DNA of 64,000 bases, taken from assembly GCA_029953675.1 (NCBI GenBank), contig JAMWBK010000001.1, positions 2,852,001-2,916,000 on the forward strand. The letters run 5' to 3'. Below the pieces are notes generated by a model that saw only the letters and a list, made by a program, of their open reading frames with translations, was not told the DNA's origin and did no database searches. Positions 1-14,841 of the stretch are shown here, in pieces (the first letter of the stretch is position 1; every line of letters starts with the position of its first letter). This DNA is from Rhodosorus marinus CCMP1338 (taxonomy: Eukaryota > Plantae > Rhodophyta). Position numbers and translations under genes: made by a program.

Positions 1-270
1 TTCCGCACAGAAGGCCCGCCTGTAGACAACAACGACGTGTTTTGCCGCCCGGACGTGCTGTAGTCTCATAATTTTGAACCTGCGATTACTAGATTCCAGG
101 AACAAACTACTAAGTGCGAGGTAGATTGGTTTCTCCGTCTGCGTTCTCCCAATCACCGCGGCTTCCTCACAGAAGGTTCGCCTGTAGACTACAACGACGT
201 GTTTTGCGGCCCAGATGTGTTGCGGTCCCATACAGTTGAGCCTGCAAGCTGGATTCCAGGAGCAAAGAGC
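1..270 (+). repeat. Degenerate 162-bp tandem duplication
   Basis: AACGACGTGTTTTGC occurs at 31 and 193, and the flanks align (ttccgcacagaaggc / ttcctcacagaaggt ... gattccagg). Many differences are synonymous in + frame 1. Confidence 0.75.
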
Positions 271-1622
271 ATGACCATCCTCCGCAGTTTCAAGCGTTTT
301 CAAGTCGATTTTCAGGGCCGCATTATGGTTACACAGGCTCGCTACCCGGTGCACCGGCTTAAATGCTTTCGTTCCTCCTGCTTAGTTCGAATTATGTATT
401 CGTAGTGAATCCGTCGGGAATTAGTAGTGAAAGACCCTGCGAAGCAATATCTATCCAGCCACTCTGACCCCCTTGGAGCCCCAGAACGGTCCTCAGCATC
501 GATTTAAACGCCAACTTCCGCGCGTCTACAACAGAATCTGTACCGCAAAAGGAATTTATTTTCTGACGTTGACAATCCAGCCCAAAAGTTTTTGGAGAAG
601 CAGAGAGACCGCGGGTCTCAAACGCACGTCAACAAAGACCTGGTGAGGCTGGCACGCCGCATTCGCACATTGCTTTTGGGCGAGTTTCGGAACGTGTTTC
701 GGACTCTTCTCCAATCCTGGTTGCTACTTTACTTCTTTAGAGGCCGGTGGGGATCTCTGCTTGGCCTAGTCTCCCTCCTCTCAGGGTTGTCGTCGCTTTC
801 TAAAGGATGAAATCGTAAAACCGTCATTACCAGGCCACTAAACGTTGGTAGTTCTTGGTTGGAGTAAACGAACGGTTTCTGTGGATGATAAGATAGTGGT
901 TTCTTCAGGGAGGACACAGTGCGAGAGGAGTGCACCGGGTGAGTCGTGGGAAGGGTCTGGTGTGTTCGCTAGGGATGGGGGGCCGGTTGGAATGGGGGTT
1001 GCTGTCAGCACATCGATGGGCTTTGGGAGTGCCTGGTTCGAACGAGTTTAGGCATGTTCGAGTGGTTGCTGTTTAGGATTGGGGCAACTCTCAATGGATA
1101 CTGTTTTGCCGATGACGGACTATTTTGCTATAGGTAAGGGCGTGTGAAAGTCATGAGCGACGGAGAGGACTTTTTTGGGGGGGGTTGGTTTTCTGTGTCG
1201 GTATTGAGCGAGGTAACGCCTTTTGACCTGTTGTAGGAACATTCCTTGGCGATAGCACGGATAGTCGGGCTCTTTGTAATGAGAAGATCAAGGACCGTGC
1301 GCGCCGGAATGGGTTCGACATCGTCATTCGCAGCTCTGATCCGTTTGTAATGCACTATACCTGCGCCACGAAGAGGAGGGATGGAAAGGAGGAGCAGGAG
1401 CTGCAATTTTCGGAGACCTCGACTCGGAAAAAAGTAAAGCGGAAAAGAGTATCAAGGAGGGTAACCCAGTGCCCGTTCTCTGTAACGGTAGGCTAAGCGC
1501 GGGTTGGTGTTGACTTTGTTAAGTTTGTGATCCGAAGAAGCTCAACTCTTCCAATTCATCTATCCCCATAACAGGCGAAAAAGATTGTCAAGGCTCATCT
1601 GGATGACCTTGACAAATTCTGC

Positions 1623-2144
1623 ATGTCGAAGAGGAGGGAAAACCTGCTGAAAATCTTCCACGGAAGGATTCCTTCAAAGGAAGAGCTTCGGGAAGGCTGG
1701 TACATCGCGGCGTCCCACTCGGTTCACATGGGACACGAACGCAGTTACTCACCCACGCTTCGCTCGACCGGCTACGAAGCGTTTGAGGAAGACGCATTGG
1801 ATGCCTACGCGCGGGATTACGCGACCCGATCGGACTACTATTTTCGAAACTCGACCACTTCTGAACGCACCAGCTTGCTCAACGAGCTTTCGAGGAGGGA
1901 GGTTCTGAGGACCAAGAAGAACTCTGTTATTAGTGAAAAGCGTGCGGAACCAGAGCCCGGTACGGAGAACCGAGCGCGGGTGGCAGATCTTCTCAACTAT
2001 CCGACTATTCAGCACACGGCAAACAGTGAGTTGGGAAGTCTGGCCACGGTTGAAGGTCCGCAGCGGACGCCGAGAAAAGTCAGGTCTCAAAGGGAACGGG
2101 GTCAAAGAAACGATCCTGCACTGGACCGGGACGAATCTAGGTGA
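1623..2144 (+). CDS. Hypothetical protein (173 aa ORF)
   Basis: ATG-started, GC-rich ORF between AT-richer spacers; no recognisable motif. Confidence 0.35.
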   Translation: MSKRRENLLKIFHGRIPSKEELREGWYIAASHSVHMGHERSYSPTLRSTGYEAFEEDALDAYARDYATRSDYYFRNSTTSERTSLLNELSRREVLRTKKNSVISEKRAEPEPGTENRARVADLLNYPTIQHTANSELGSLATVEGPQRTPRKVRSQRERGQRNDPALDRDESR

Positions 2145-2836
2145 CAAGAGAACTCAGTGCTGTCCAAATCTTGAGGGGCGCTGATGTACTAGGAGCTCTG
2201 GTGAAGCGAGGCGTTCAATTCAATGTATTGTGACCTTCTTTAAGTAGCCGATGAGTTGTTTGGGAAGGACAAGACCTGTTCATAGCAAGGCCAACCTGGT
2301 ATCGGAGCTTTGTGAGATGTAAGACCTTTTGTATATACCAGCTTTGCCGGATTAGGTTTCCCCTGTCCGGGCATATTTATCCTAATTTCGCCACAGAGTG
2401 AGGGTGTTGTGTCCCTTTCGCGCTCGCTTGCGGTGAAGCAATATAATAAATCATCAGCCAACCTCGAAATTTTTATGAAGGCTAAACTGCGCCGACGGAA
2501 TGTTCTGTGATAAGGCAAAGTTGATTTCTCAGAAATCATCTGGTATGATGTACAGAACTCTACACGTCTACTACCATCCTGAGCGCAATTGTGGACGCGT
2601 CCTCTTGAATAGGGGGTCTTTGGAGGTTTCTGGAAGTCGAGGAGGCGTTCAGTGAGCTTCAGTCATCCTTACTCTATTCGCTCCTTTTGTCTTGTTCTGT
2701 TACACACCAGTCCCGAAGCTCTGAACCGATAGCAAACCCACTTTCCTCATCGTTAGTAAACTACCTGGGCTCAGTATGTTGCTACTAATACCTACTAGAA
2801 CACGATCCCAACCGACGCCGCATCGATCCCGCTGAA

Positions 2837-3120
2837 GCCGGAATAATTAACGCCTATCATACCAAAATATAAACCAGAAATTTCAATAGTTTCAATATTT
2901 ACGTATATTTAGATGCTTTCTCTTTAATTATACCTTTAAAAATTCTAGATTTAGAATAATAGGAAGTGGTTGATGAAATACTTTTCGTTTGGCAACGACG
3001 GTCGGAATAATTAACGCACAATAGTCTTTTAAAGTGCGACCAAAATCTCAAAAAATTGAATTATTCTGTATATTTAGAACCATATTCTTAATTATTTCCT
3101 AAAAGTCTCTACATTATTGT
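2837..3120. repeat. Degenerate ~164-bp AT-rich tandem duplication upstream of RRM gene 1
   Basis: GGAATAATTAACGC at about 2840 and 3004, then shared ACCAAAAT, GTATATTTAGA and TTAATTAT blocks in the same order. Confidence 0.6.
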
Positions 3121-3360
3121 TTTTTAGGTAACTTGGTAAAGGGTCGATGGCGTTTGGGATGGATCAGGACGGTGAGAGAGGTTTGGTGAGCTCTTGGAAT
3201 AGGGGGATTGGCTACTGACAATAAGGGGATTTTGACGATTATGGACTGGGCGAGTGGGGCGGGGGGGGGGGAAAGAGGGTTGCGGGTTGCAGGACAGTTT
3301 GTTACCTTTGTTTTCCTTTTGTTTTGTTTTAGTGGTTGTTGGTTTTGTTGTGAGGCAGGG

Positions 3361-3642
3361 ATGAAGAGATTGTTTGTGGGAGGTATCAGCTGGGATACGA
3401 ATGACGAGCTGCTGCGGGAGGCTTTCTCCCGGTTTGGACCGGTGAGGGACGCTCGGGTGATTTACGACCGTGACAGTGGAAGATCCCGTGGGTTCGGGTT
3501 TGTGACCTTTGATAATGATGAGGACGCTGACAATGCCGTCCGTGACATGGACGGTCAGGACCTCGGTGGGCGCAGGATTCGTGTGAACGAGGCCATGGAC
3601 CGTGGAAGCGGTGGTGGTCAAGGAGGCGGAGACCGCTATTAG
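3361..3642 (+). CDS. Glycine-rich RNA-binding protein (single RRM)
   Basis: RNP2 LFVGGI, RNP1 RGFGFVTF, and a Gly-rich tail. A short first exon (3147-3171, MAFGMDQD, intron 3172-3358) is possible but unproven. Confidence 0.93.
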   Translation: MKRLFVGGISWDTNDELLREAFSRFGPVRDARVIYDRDSGRSRGFGFVTFDNDEDADNAVRDMDGQDLGGRRIRVNEAMDRGSGGGQGGGDRY

Positions 3643-5038
3643 AAAATGGGCCTCTGCCCGTTTTATTAGTCGCTCGCGGGACAGAGCGATATCCTGTGTA
3701 ACAACAGGGCTGGGCAAGGTATCATCGAGTTTGAACCTTTTGTGCATGAAGATGAGTGTTTGGTTTTCTTTTTTTTGTTCTTAGTGACTGTGTTGGGGAA
3801 TGCGCCGTTTAGGAAACAGAGAGAGTACTTTATCTTATTCATTAAAAGCATTTTCAAAAGCGTGAAAGGAACGACAATGTTCTTCAGCAGTAGGCTGCAA
3901 TCTCCCTATGCTTCACCGCGGGGATCTTCTACCATACTCTGCGATCATGCCGCTCCTATCCCGTACCCCCCCGTCGCGGATTAAGTAACACTAGAAGCGC
4001 GGGCAAGACGAAACCTTCCGTTCGAAAACGAGATCTTCACCTCCGTCGTGCAAGCCTAGATGAACAACTCGTCGTGCTCAAAAATAGGAAGAGATGCTGC
4101 TTATGAAGACGAGGCTCTGCGACTCGACCAGGAAAACCTAGCACGGTCAAGGACTCTCGATGTAGACAATAGTTCTCTTGCCGAGTCACCGTCGGAAGAT
4201 CCCGGCAGGTTGGCCAAGCTCTTCATTTCGAGTCCTGCAAACCGGTGCAGAGGGGGACCTCCAGCTATTCAACTGTTGCTACATGGCTCCGATTGCTCAG
4301 ACCTTCCTCGATCACCGGATTTGCTGTCAAGCGAGCGCTACCTATGCAGAAGTAGAGCGAGCACATTAGAAACGGTCTTCTGACCATCAGTTCAAACCGA
4401 AACCGAAGAAAACGTCAAAACAACAGATTTCCAAAAATCCCAACGGCAATTCCGATACCCCCCCCCTTCATAAAATCTCCCATGTCAAATCATCCCTAGC
4501 CCTTTCACATAAACCTAAAACTATTTACAATATTTCACTCAAGAATCACATACAGCAAAAATGAATAAGGGGGATAAGAAGACGAACCGTGAAAACCCCT
4601 GTTTCTTCGCGCAAAACACGGACTAGACAAAAACATTTCCAAAATACAATTCGGAGCCGACGGGGGCTCGAAAATTAAAATGTGTAAGATTTTCATATAT
4701 TTAGAGAAGTAAAATATTTTATATCTTCAAATTGAAATAAGATAATAAATAAAGAGAAATATCTAGATTATAGTGCTGAGATTATTTTATTATGATTTAT
4801 TTACGTTAATTATTTTATGATCTTGGACGTGACGGTGGGGAAGCAAAGTTTGGGCTGAAGTGCAGAGAAGGGATTTTGTGGATAAAGGGAGATTTGAAGG
4901 ACGAAGAGGGGCAGACGACTAGTGGGGGAGATTGGGAAGTTTTAGGCGGGCTTTCGTTTGAAAATTTTTCCTTGGTATTGCGTGAACTGATACATTACTC
5001 TCAATTTTTGCAAACGTTGTGCTGTGTGAGCGGAAAGT

Positions 5039-5455
5039 ATGAAGCTGACGGGATTTGTTACTGGTGCCGGGGCGGTTGGCGTCTCGGGTGATGTTGGACG
5101 AGTTGCTGTTTGTAGGAAGCGGACGGAGACTGTTATGAGCATGAAGAAGCTGTTTGTTGGTGGAATCAGCTGGGCTACTAACGATGAGATGCTTCGCGAG
5201 GCGTTTGCGTCTTATGGAAGTGTTCTTGATGCCAAGGTGATCTACGATCGTGATACCGGCAGGTCGCGCGGCTTTGGGTTTGTCACCTTCGAGGAAGACG
5301 GTGATGCTGAGCAGGCTATGGTGTCAATGGACGGCGAAGAGTTCGATGGTAGGGTTATTCGTGTGAACGAAGCCAAGGAGCGAAACCAGCAGCCGCGTCG
5401 GGAGTACCGTAATGAGTTCAGTGACGGGTTCGGGGGTGACCGTGAGGAGTTCTAG
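5039..5455 (+). CDS. Single-RRM RNA-binding protein with probable plastid transit peptide
   Basis: LFVGGI and RGFGFVTF, clearly paralogous to 3361-3642. The N-terminal ~34 aa (MKLTGFVTGAGAVGVSG...VCRK) resemble the other transit peptides in this window; acidic tail. Confidence 0.92.
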   Translation: MKLTGFVTGAGAVGVSGDVGRVAVCRKRTETVMSMKKLFVGGISWATNDEMLREAFASYGSVLDAKVIYDRDTGRSRGFGFVTFEEDGDAEQAMVSMDGEEFDGRVIRVNEAKERNQQPRREYRNEFSDGFGGDREEF

Positions 5456-7070
5456 GGAGAATCTAGTCCGCGTAACCGTAGCTGGTCTCGAATAGCGTTT
5501 CTCAGTGAAAAGCCTGGACGAGCCCATCAGTACCTTTCAGAAACATGTTTGAGCTTTTGTCGATATATACAATGGCCATGAGAAAGACACTAAGTAACAT
5601 CATATAAAGTTAAAACATAACATCGGGTTAAACGCTTGAGGAGACAGCACTCGTGGTGTCTCTGCTTTGCTTTCGGTTAACCTTTTCCCGTTCGATGGGG
5701 ATGGTCGCTGAACACGCTCCATCAAGTCACGTCGAGACCAGGCAGAATCTCGTCCACGATTCCCATAGTTTGACATGCCACTGGCATACATAAAGTTGGG
5801 GGAAGGGGGGGAATGGTTAGGCGCTGGCGTGGATTTCCCCGTACAATTGGAAGACCGAACGGAAACACTTCATTTTTTCAGATGATTGCTGTTGTACAGG
5901 TTTGCAAATCTTCGTTCCAGAGATGTCACCACCGTTTTTCAGATCATCCATCTCGGTCACCAACACGGCGGGGACCCCGCGAAACAAGACTTGCTAATCT
6001 CAAAACTCACGTTAGAAAATGAGCTCGAAACCGGCATTCAGGAATTTACTACAGCAAAATTGAATCGCATAATTAGAAAAAAATCTCTTTGAAATCTAAG
6101 AAATTAAAATTTAGTAGTTTTTGGCCCTCCAAAACTCATCCAATATCTAGACTTGAAGATCATAATTATGAATTTGATCCCCGTATAAATTCATTCTTAA
6201 TTTAACAGAACGTGAGTTCAGAGATTCCAGAATATTCCAAGTTCTCCAAAACTAGAGAATTCGCAACGGCAAAATCTGGTATAAAGAGCTGTCAAATTAA
6301 ACAAAAAGCAATGGAAATATTATTAAATAACAATATTTATAGACCAAATCAATCCAAAATTTCGTTTTTAATACCAGATTAGGATTCCCCACCTAGAAAA
6401 ATTTGAGACGAAATCTGGTGTCTATGTTCCTCAAACCAAGTACATATTTATTAAATAAAGGGTATTTGTAGCCAAATATACTAAATTTAGATTATATTGC
6501 TTAGTTTTGGTAGAACTGTGTTTGTAAGCGACTCCCAAAGTCGTTGTGAAAGGGAAATAGATGAAAAGTGACAGGGGCGAACATGGGATTCTTTTTTGGA
6601 GCCAATGTTCCATTTCCTGCGCAGTAGATAAGTAAATGGACGTTTCCATTTCGGGGATGGGGAGGAAGCGTTTGGGAGGATGGAGAGGAGGAAGGGAGGG
6701 TGGGGTGGATAAGTTTCGTGTAGATGAAGAGAGAGAGGTGGACGTTGTTTCTTTGTGTCTAGATTAGAGAACCTTTTTGGACAAGAGAAGGAAGAGCAAG
6801 ATCTACCCCCCGGGTAGCTTAACTTTTTTTTGGGGGTAGGGATTTTGGGATCCTGTGTGAGGTTGGGGTGGGGTTGGGTTGGGGAGTTGGTGAGGGAGAG
6901 AGAGAAAGAGAGAGAGTAAGGAGGGGTTGCTGGAGGTGTTGTAAGGGACCGCAATTTGAAGCGGTCGAAAATACATCACGTCTTCGAAGAGGCTTCGGGA
7001 ATCGGCCTCAGGGACCGATTTAGTGGAAAGTGATCCTGTGAAAAAGCGATTCTTACAGAACGGATTGAGC

Positions 7071-10000
7071 ATGGCGGCTGAAAATGAGGCGATAGACGAG
7101 GATCTGTATTCTAGGCAGCTGTATGTTCTTGGGCATGATGCTCAGAGGCGTATGGCGGCTTCGAACGTGCTCATCGTTGGCATGACAGGACTCGGAGTTG
7201 AGATCGCGAAGAACATCGTCCTGGCTGGAGTCAAAACAGTCAACATCATCGATGACGAGATCGTCAAATGGAATGATCTGTCTTCACAGTTCTATCTCGC
7301 AACGAAGGACGTGGGGAAATCCTCCAGGGTGGATGCAACTTTCCCTCACCTCGCGGAGCTCAACCCTTACGTCAGCGTCCATAAGCTCAGTTCGGACATC
7401 CTTGATTCCGGTGATCTCAGCCAGTTCCAGGTAGGAACCTAGACACTGCGATGGATTCCCGTGAAATCGGCTTTGCAGACGCGGATTGCGAATGCAGCCC
7501 CGCTTCCAGAATGCTCGCGCGATAGAAAAGATGTTGCATGTGGAGATCTAACAAGCAGCTTTTGAGTTCCTTGATTTCCTCGTGCCGAACAGGTGGTGGT
7601 GCTCGTAGATCAACCGTTTTCACTGCAACTCTCAGTAGACAAAAAATGCCACACTGCGGGTGTGAGGTTCATCTCGGCCAGTTCTCGTGGCGTCTTCGGA
7701 TCCGTGTTTGCAGACTATGGAAAGGAGTTTGTTGTGGTTGACGACAATGGTGAGCAAGAGAAGCAGATCATGATCGCGGCAATCACCCGAGATTCTCCAC
7801 CGATGATCACCTGTATGGATGGCAACAGACACGATCTTGAAGAGGGCGACTACGTAAAGTTCGTTGAGGTAGGGAGATTTTTCCGAGGCGGCAAGTCCCT
7901 TCGCGGTTGAGACTAAGGATTGTCCTTGCTCGTTTGTTAGGTGAAAGGGATGACGGAACTCAACGATGGGAAACCCAGAAAAGTCTCAGTTCCCGGGCCT
8001 TTCTCTTTCAGTATAGAAGATGACGTGAGCGGGTACGGGGAGTACGAATCTGGAGGACTGGGGATTCAAGTAAAGATGCCGAAGAAGGTAGACTTTCTAC
8101 CGCTCGAGGAGGCGGTCAAGAGCCCGGAGTATATCGCTACGGACTTTGGAAAGTTTGATCGTCAGGTCACAATTAACGCTTGCTTCCAAGTGCGTTTGCC
8201 TCGCTTCATAGTTGCGTTCTAGCCCGCCAGCTGTCGTCGGCAGCATCGCTAAACCCTGGGTTCGATTTCTGCTTTCACAGGCTTTGGAGAAATATTCCAT
8301 GGCAAACGGCAGCGAGCCGAAGCCAGGAAGCGCCGAGGACGCTGACAAGTTCCTTGCGACAGTCAAGGAAACGCTTCAGGGCGAGGAGCCGGTTGAAAAC
8401 GTCGTGGAAGCTTTTTCACGGAGCTGCGCTGGGAACTTGTCTCCTGTCGTTGCTGCACTTGGAGGCCTGATCGGACAGGAGATTATGAAAGCCATCAGCG
8501 GCAAGTTCGGCCCCCTGAAACAGTTCCTCATGTTCGATTGTATGGAAATTCTTCCGGATGCTCTGCCGGACCAGACGTCTTGTGCACCGTGTGGTTCGCG
8601 CTACGATGGGCAGCTGGCGGTTCTTGGCAAAGACATCTGCGAGGAGATCTTCAATCTCCGGTACTTCCTTGTTGGAGCGGGAGCGATCGGATGCGAAATG
8701 CTCAAATGCTGGGCAATGATGGGAATCGGTAGCGGCGAGAAGGGCATGATCTACCTAACGGACATGGATCAGATTGAAAAATCCAACCTTTCTAGGCAGT
8801 TCCTTTTCCGGGATCGGGACATTAAGAAGGCTAAGAGCGTCGCCGCCGCAGAGGCAATCAAGAGGATGAACCCAGACCTTCACGTCACCACATACGAGGT
8901 AAAATGGCTTTTTTAGGTTCACAAAACGGCGACCAGGTTCAAGAAGTTTTAACCGTTTTTGTTCGTCCACCTCACCCCAGGCACGAGTCGGCGCTGATAC
9001 GGAGAACCTGTTCAATGATGAGTTCTGGACTAACCTAAGCGGCGTTTGCAACGCTCTCGACAACGTCCAGGCGCGCATGTACGTGGATCAGAGATGCTTG
9101 TTCTACAAGAAGAGCCTCCTCGAGAGCGGGACGTTGGGAACCAAGGGAAACACGCAAGTGGTCGTGCCGAACCTAACTGAAAGTTACAGCTCGTCAAGAG
9201 ACCCACCAGAGAAGAGCATTCCCATCTGCACTTTGAAGAACTTCCCCTACCAAATCGAGCACACCATTCAATGGGCGAGGGACCAATTTGAAGGTTACTT
9301 CCGAAATACCGCCGACGAGGTCAACAAGTTTGTAGCAGAAGAGGATTCCTACTTGGAGGATTTGAAGTCTCAAGGTGAGCTTAGTTTAGGTGACTCACGA
9401 TTTGGTTTTGGTTGTTAATGCAAGGGGAACGTTGCTGAGCATCAACGATCGATTTTTTTGTGTGGTCCACAGGTGCTGGGACTATGCGAGCGTCGTTGGA
9501 AAGTATTTACAGCGCGTCCGTGGAACTTAAGCCGAGTAGCGTCGACGATTGCATCAAGTGGGCTCGGCTGAGCTTTGAGGAACTCTTCTCATCCTCCATT
9601 AAGCAGCTGCTGTACTCATGTCCAGCTGACATGGTGGATAGAGACGGGGTGCCCTTCTGGTCCGGCACCAGAAGGTGCCCGTCGCCAATCGAATTCGACG
9701 TCAACAACCCGCTCCACTTGGAGTACGTGTATAATGGATCCTGCCTTCGAGCAGAGACTTACGGGATGGATTCTGGTCTCACTCCTGAATCTGTAGCTGC
9801 GGCGGTTGCTAAGGTCAGCATTCCCAAATTCGAGCCGAAGACCGGCATGAAGGTGAGCTCCAGCTAGTGCAACACGTCGCTTAAATGGCTGCGGTGCTTT
9901 ATGAAGACCTCCTCACCCCGATGTTTTGCATCGTACTATGTTAGGTTGCTGCAACTGATGCCGAAGCAGAGCAGCAAGGCGGAGCGACAGTACTCGGAGA

Positions 10001-11011
10001 TGACGACGATCGCATTGAGCAGCTCCTGGGGAACCTTAGGAGTGCTCATCAAACTATGGGTAAGCGTTCTGTTCAACGTACAGCTCCAATCGATTGTCCG
10101 TCGTAGTCGCTCACCCGATCTTTGGTGCAACATTTTGTTTTTCCTCCTGCACAGCCGGGTTCAAGATGAGCCCAATTGAGTTCGAAAAGGATGACGATAC
10201 GAACCACCACATCGACTTCATCACTGCTTGCTCGAACCTTCGGGCTACGAATTATTCAATAGAGAACGCAGATCGACATACCTCGAAGCGGATAGCAGGC
10301 AAGATCATTCCTGCCATCGCGACGACCACCGCGTACGTCACTGGATGCTCGTGCATAGAGCTGTACAAATTGGTGCGTCTCGGCTACACCAGTGCAGGTG
10401 CTGTGGAGGAGAACGCGTGGCTGAAGGTTGATGACGCCGGAACAGAAGAGAAGCAGAAGGCGAAGGAGGTGAGCCTTCCAAGCGTGCAAACAAATTTTTG
10501 GGCGGGGGGAACCCGAACGTTTATAGGACTGATCTGTTGAGTGCCTGCTGAAAAACACGTGATTTTTCCCTTCTGTACCACTACGTAGAAGGAGCTGGAG
10601 ATTTTCAAGAACGGGTTTGTAAATCTGGCTCTGCCATTCTTCGCGTTCTCGGATCCCATCGCCGCTGGGAAGAATAGCATGGGGGCCGGCCGATACTGGA
10701 CTCTTTGGGATCGCTTTGACGTAGACATGGGCGAAGAGCTCTCACTACAAGGGCTACTGGACCACTTCCAAAACAAGTACGGTTTGGAGATAACCATGAT
10801 CAGCTGTGGGGTGAGCTTCCTTTACTCTACGTTCACGTCCAAGGACAAGCTCGCCCAGAGGATGCCAATGAAGCTGAGCGAAGTCGCCAAGATGGTCGGC
10901 AAGATGGAGTTCCACGATAGCCAGCAGTACCTTGTCATGGAGGTTTGCTGTAACGACGAGTCCGGCGACGATGTAGAAGTACCCTACATTCGATATCGTT
11001 TTAGATGGTAG
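7071..11011 (+). CDS. UBA1: Ubiquitin-activating enzyme E1, 9 exons, ~1042 aa
   Basis: Exons 7071-7430, 7593-7868, 7941-8189, 8281-8898, 8981-9374, 9473-9852, 9945-10059, 10155-10468, 10589-11011, all phases consistent. Motifs: [35 protein letters not shown], catalytic [34 protein letters not shown], and C-terminal VEVPYIRY. Confidence 0.98.
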
Positions 11012-11482
11012 GTCACAAAAAACTAAACGGATGTTGTCCATTGCATTTTTTTTTTTGGGAGGGGTGTCCGCTTTTGCAAGACTCGTGCCGGTGACGGCAT
11101 CAGAAGCTTGGAAATTTTTGAGCTTCTCATGAGCAGAGGTTACCCAAGTCATTTATCAACACCCGATCACGCTCTGGGGTGCAGTTTATTTGCCATGAAC
11201 GGAGTTGTTCACAAAACTCAGTGCGTCGACTCCTTTGGGGTTTGTAAAACTCGAGTTCGGATACCACGGTATTCGAGTCCGTTCGATTGCGGATTCTGTC
11301 CGAGTCTAGTCGCAGCCTTTGAACTTGTTGCATACTCGGGACTTGAAAAACGCTCCCAGTTTATTTGTATTCGCAACCCTCCATCCTGTGATTCGTCTGC
11401 TCTTTTCCCATTCTCTCTCGCGGCTGGTCTCTCCTTTCCTCTCTTTTAGGAATATAAAATCATTTTACTCGTGCAAACTTTT

Positions 11483-12331
<849 letters not shown>

Positions 12332-14025
12332 CTATACACAGCAAACTCCACTAAACCCCACCCACCCAGCCACCCCAAAAACCCACACAAAAACAACCAA
12401 ACAACCTACAGATACAACGAAATCACAAAAAAAATCCTAGTACAATACTAAAAAAAAGCTTCCTGTCTTATCTTAGAAACCTAACAATCCCTATTCCAAA
12501 CCTTTCCCCCTTCCCCTCCCTCCCTCCCTCCCTCCTTCCCACTCTCCCAACTCAACTCCATCTCATCCTCATCATAAACAAGTAACCAAAATCGCCACAG
12601 AGAGTTGTCACACGTCAATCCTACAATTCAATCCTTACTCCTCACAAAATTTATTTTATTTTCATTTATCCGTATTTCCAGCTCAAAAACACTCCCTAAA
12701 ATTTGGGGTTGGTGTTATCTGTCTTGAAACAAAGGTTGTCTCCTGTCAATACTTGACGGGTGGACTAAGGGCGAATTTTCGCTGCTAAATACAAAATGCC
12801 CGGTTTTTATTGGATTTTAAGATATGAGGAAATCTTGTTTTTATTAATCGGTATCGTGAAACATGATCTATATTTAAGAATGTTTGTTTCTAGATATAGG
12901 TAAATCCTAATTCAGAGGGGGAAAAGAGGGTTTTTGGAGAGTTTCTGTCATTATTTAGATTCTTTTCTTTCCTTGATGGAACTCCATTTAGCTGCCAACC
13001 GACTGGAAGCCTTCCTTTTTATTTCAAAACATGAACAAACCGCGCTCTGCCCTTTTCCCCCAACATGCATTTATGTTTTTTCAAAGCGTTTTCCGTCTGA
13101 CGTATAGACGCTTGTCATATGCTACCATGCACAACTGTTCAAAAAAAGCACGCACCCCCCCCCTTCCCATTTTCATCCAAAACCTGGACAGCTGTATTTT
13201 ATGATTTTTAAAAATATTTTTAAACCCATTTTGCTATAGCATACCCCTGAGGATACCCGACGCCAGATTTTTTTTGCATCACTTTTCATTTATTGTTTTA
13301 AAAACAATTCTAGCATCAATCTCTATTAAACATTATTGATTGAATATTCTTTTTAAGTTTTGAAAAACAAATAGATTACCGAAGCCTACTTTCCAAAATA
13401 AGTACCCCATGCTGTCCTATCAGTCATTATTATAAAATGATTGATTTCATCGATTCTGGACACGTGTCTTGAAGTTTCTCGGGCCTGTCCCAAACAAAGT
13501 TTTGTGGGACACCTTTAGATACGCTTGGGAAATTTTATTTTGTTTCGCACATTGAGAGGGGGTGGCGGTGTCCCAGATTTTAGCCTTTTGTACGGCGGTG
13601 TCAATGAAAATACTTAGCGCTGAGGTAAGTAATCTACCCCTGTTTTTTTTAGATTAATATGTTTAGATTGGTTTTGCTTAAAAATAGGCAATTATTTTGG
13701 ATCTCTCGTGGCCATAAAACGGGGGTGATTGGCGTGACGGAGTTCTGTTCCAGAAAAGATGACGGGAGGGGGGGGGGGATTTAAACAGTTGGATGTTGTT
13801 TATTGGAAATGTTTCGTCTGTGTCAGCCTGTGTGTGATCGTCTTGAATGAATGTCCCATGCCCGTCGGCGGGGAGCTGGGTGCTGGTGTTGCAAGCGTGA
13901 GATCTATAAGTACGGTTCTTGGGTTCTGAGAGGACTCATATCAGGACTATGGAAGAACGCAAAGCTTCGGAGGATTGTTTGGCTCTCTAAACCAGTGAGA
14001 ACAAGTTGTGACTCTGAAGATCTGA

Positions 14026-14841
<816 letters not shown>

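Noticed and set aside
400-1406. Secreted Pro/Thr-rich gene on the minus strand
   Set aside because: There is a hydrophobic start and some coding-like blocks, but no consistent exon chain or recognisable domain.
13621-13632. U1 5' end on the minus strand
   Set aside because: It is simply a consensus donor AG|GTAAGT on the plus strand, probably a 5'UTR intron of the ARF-like gene.
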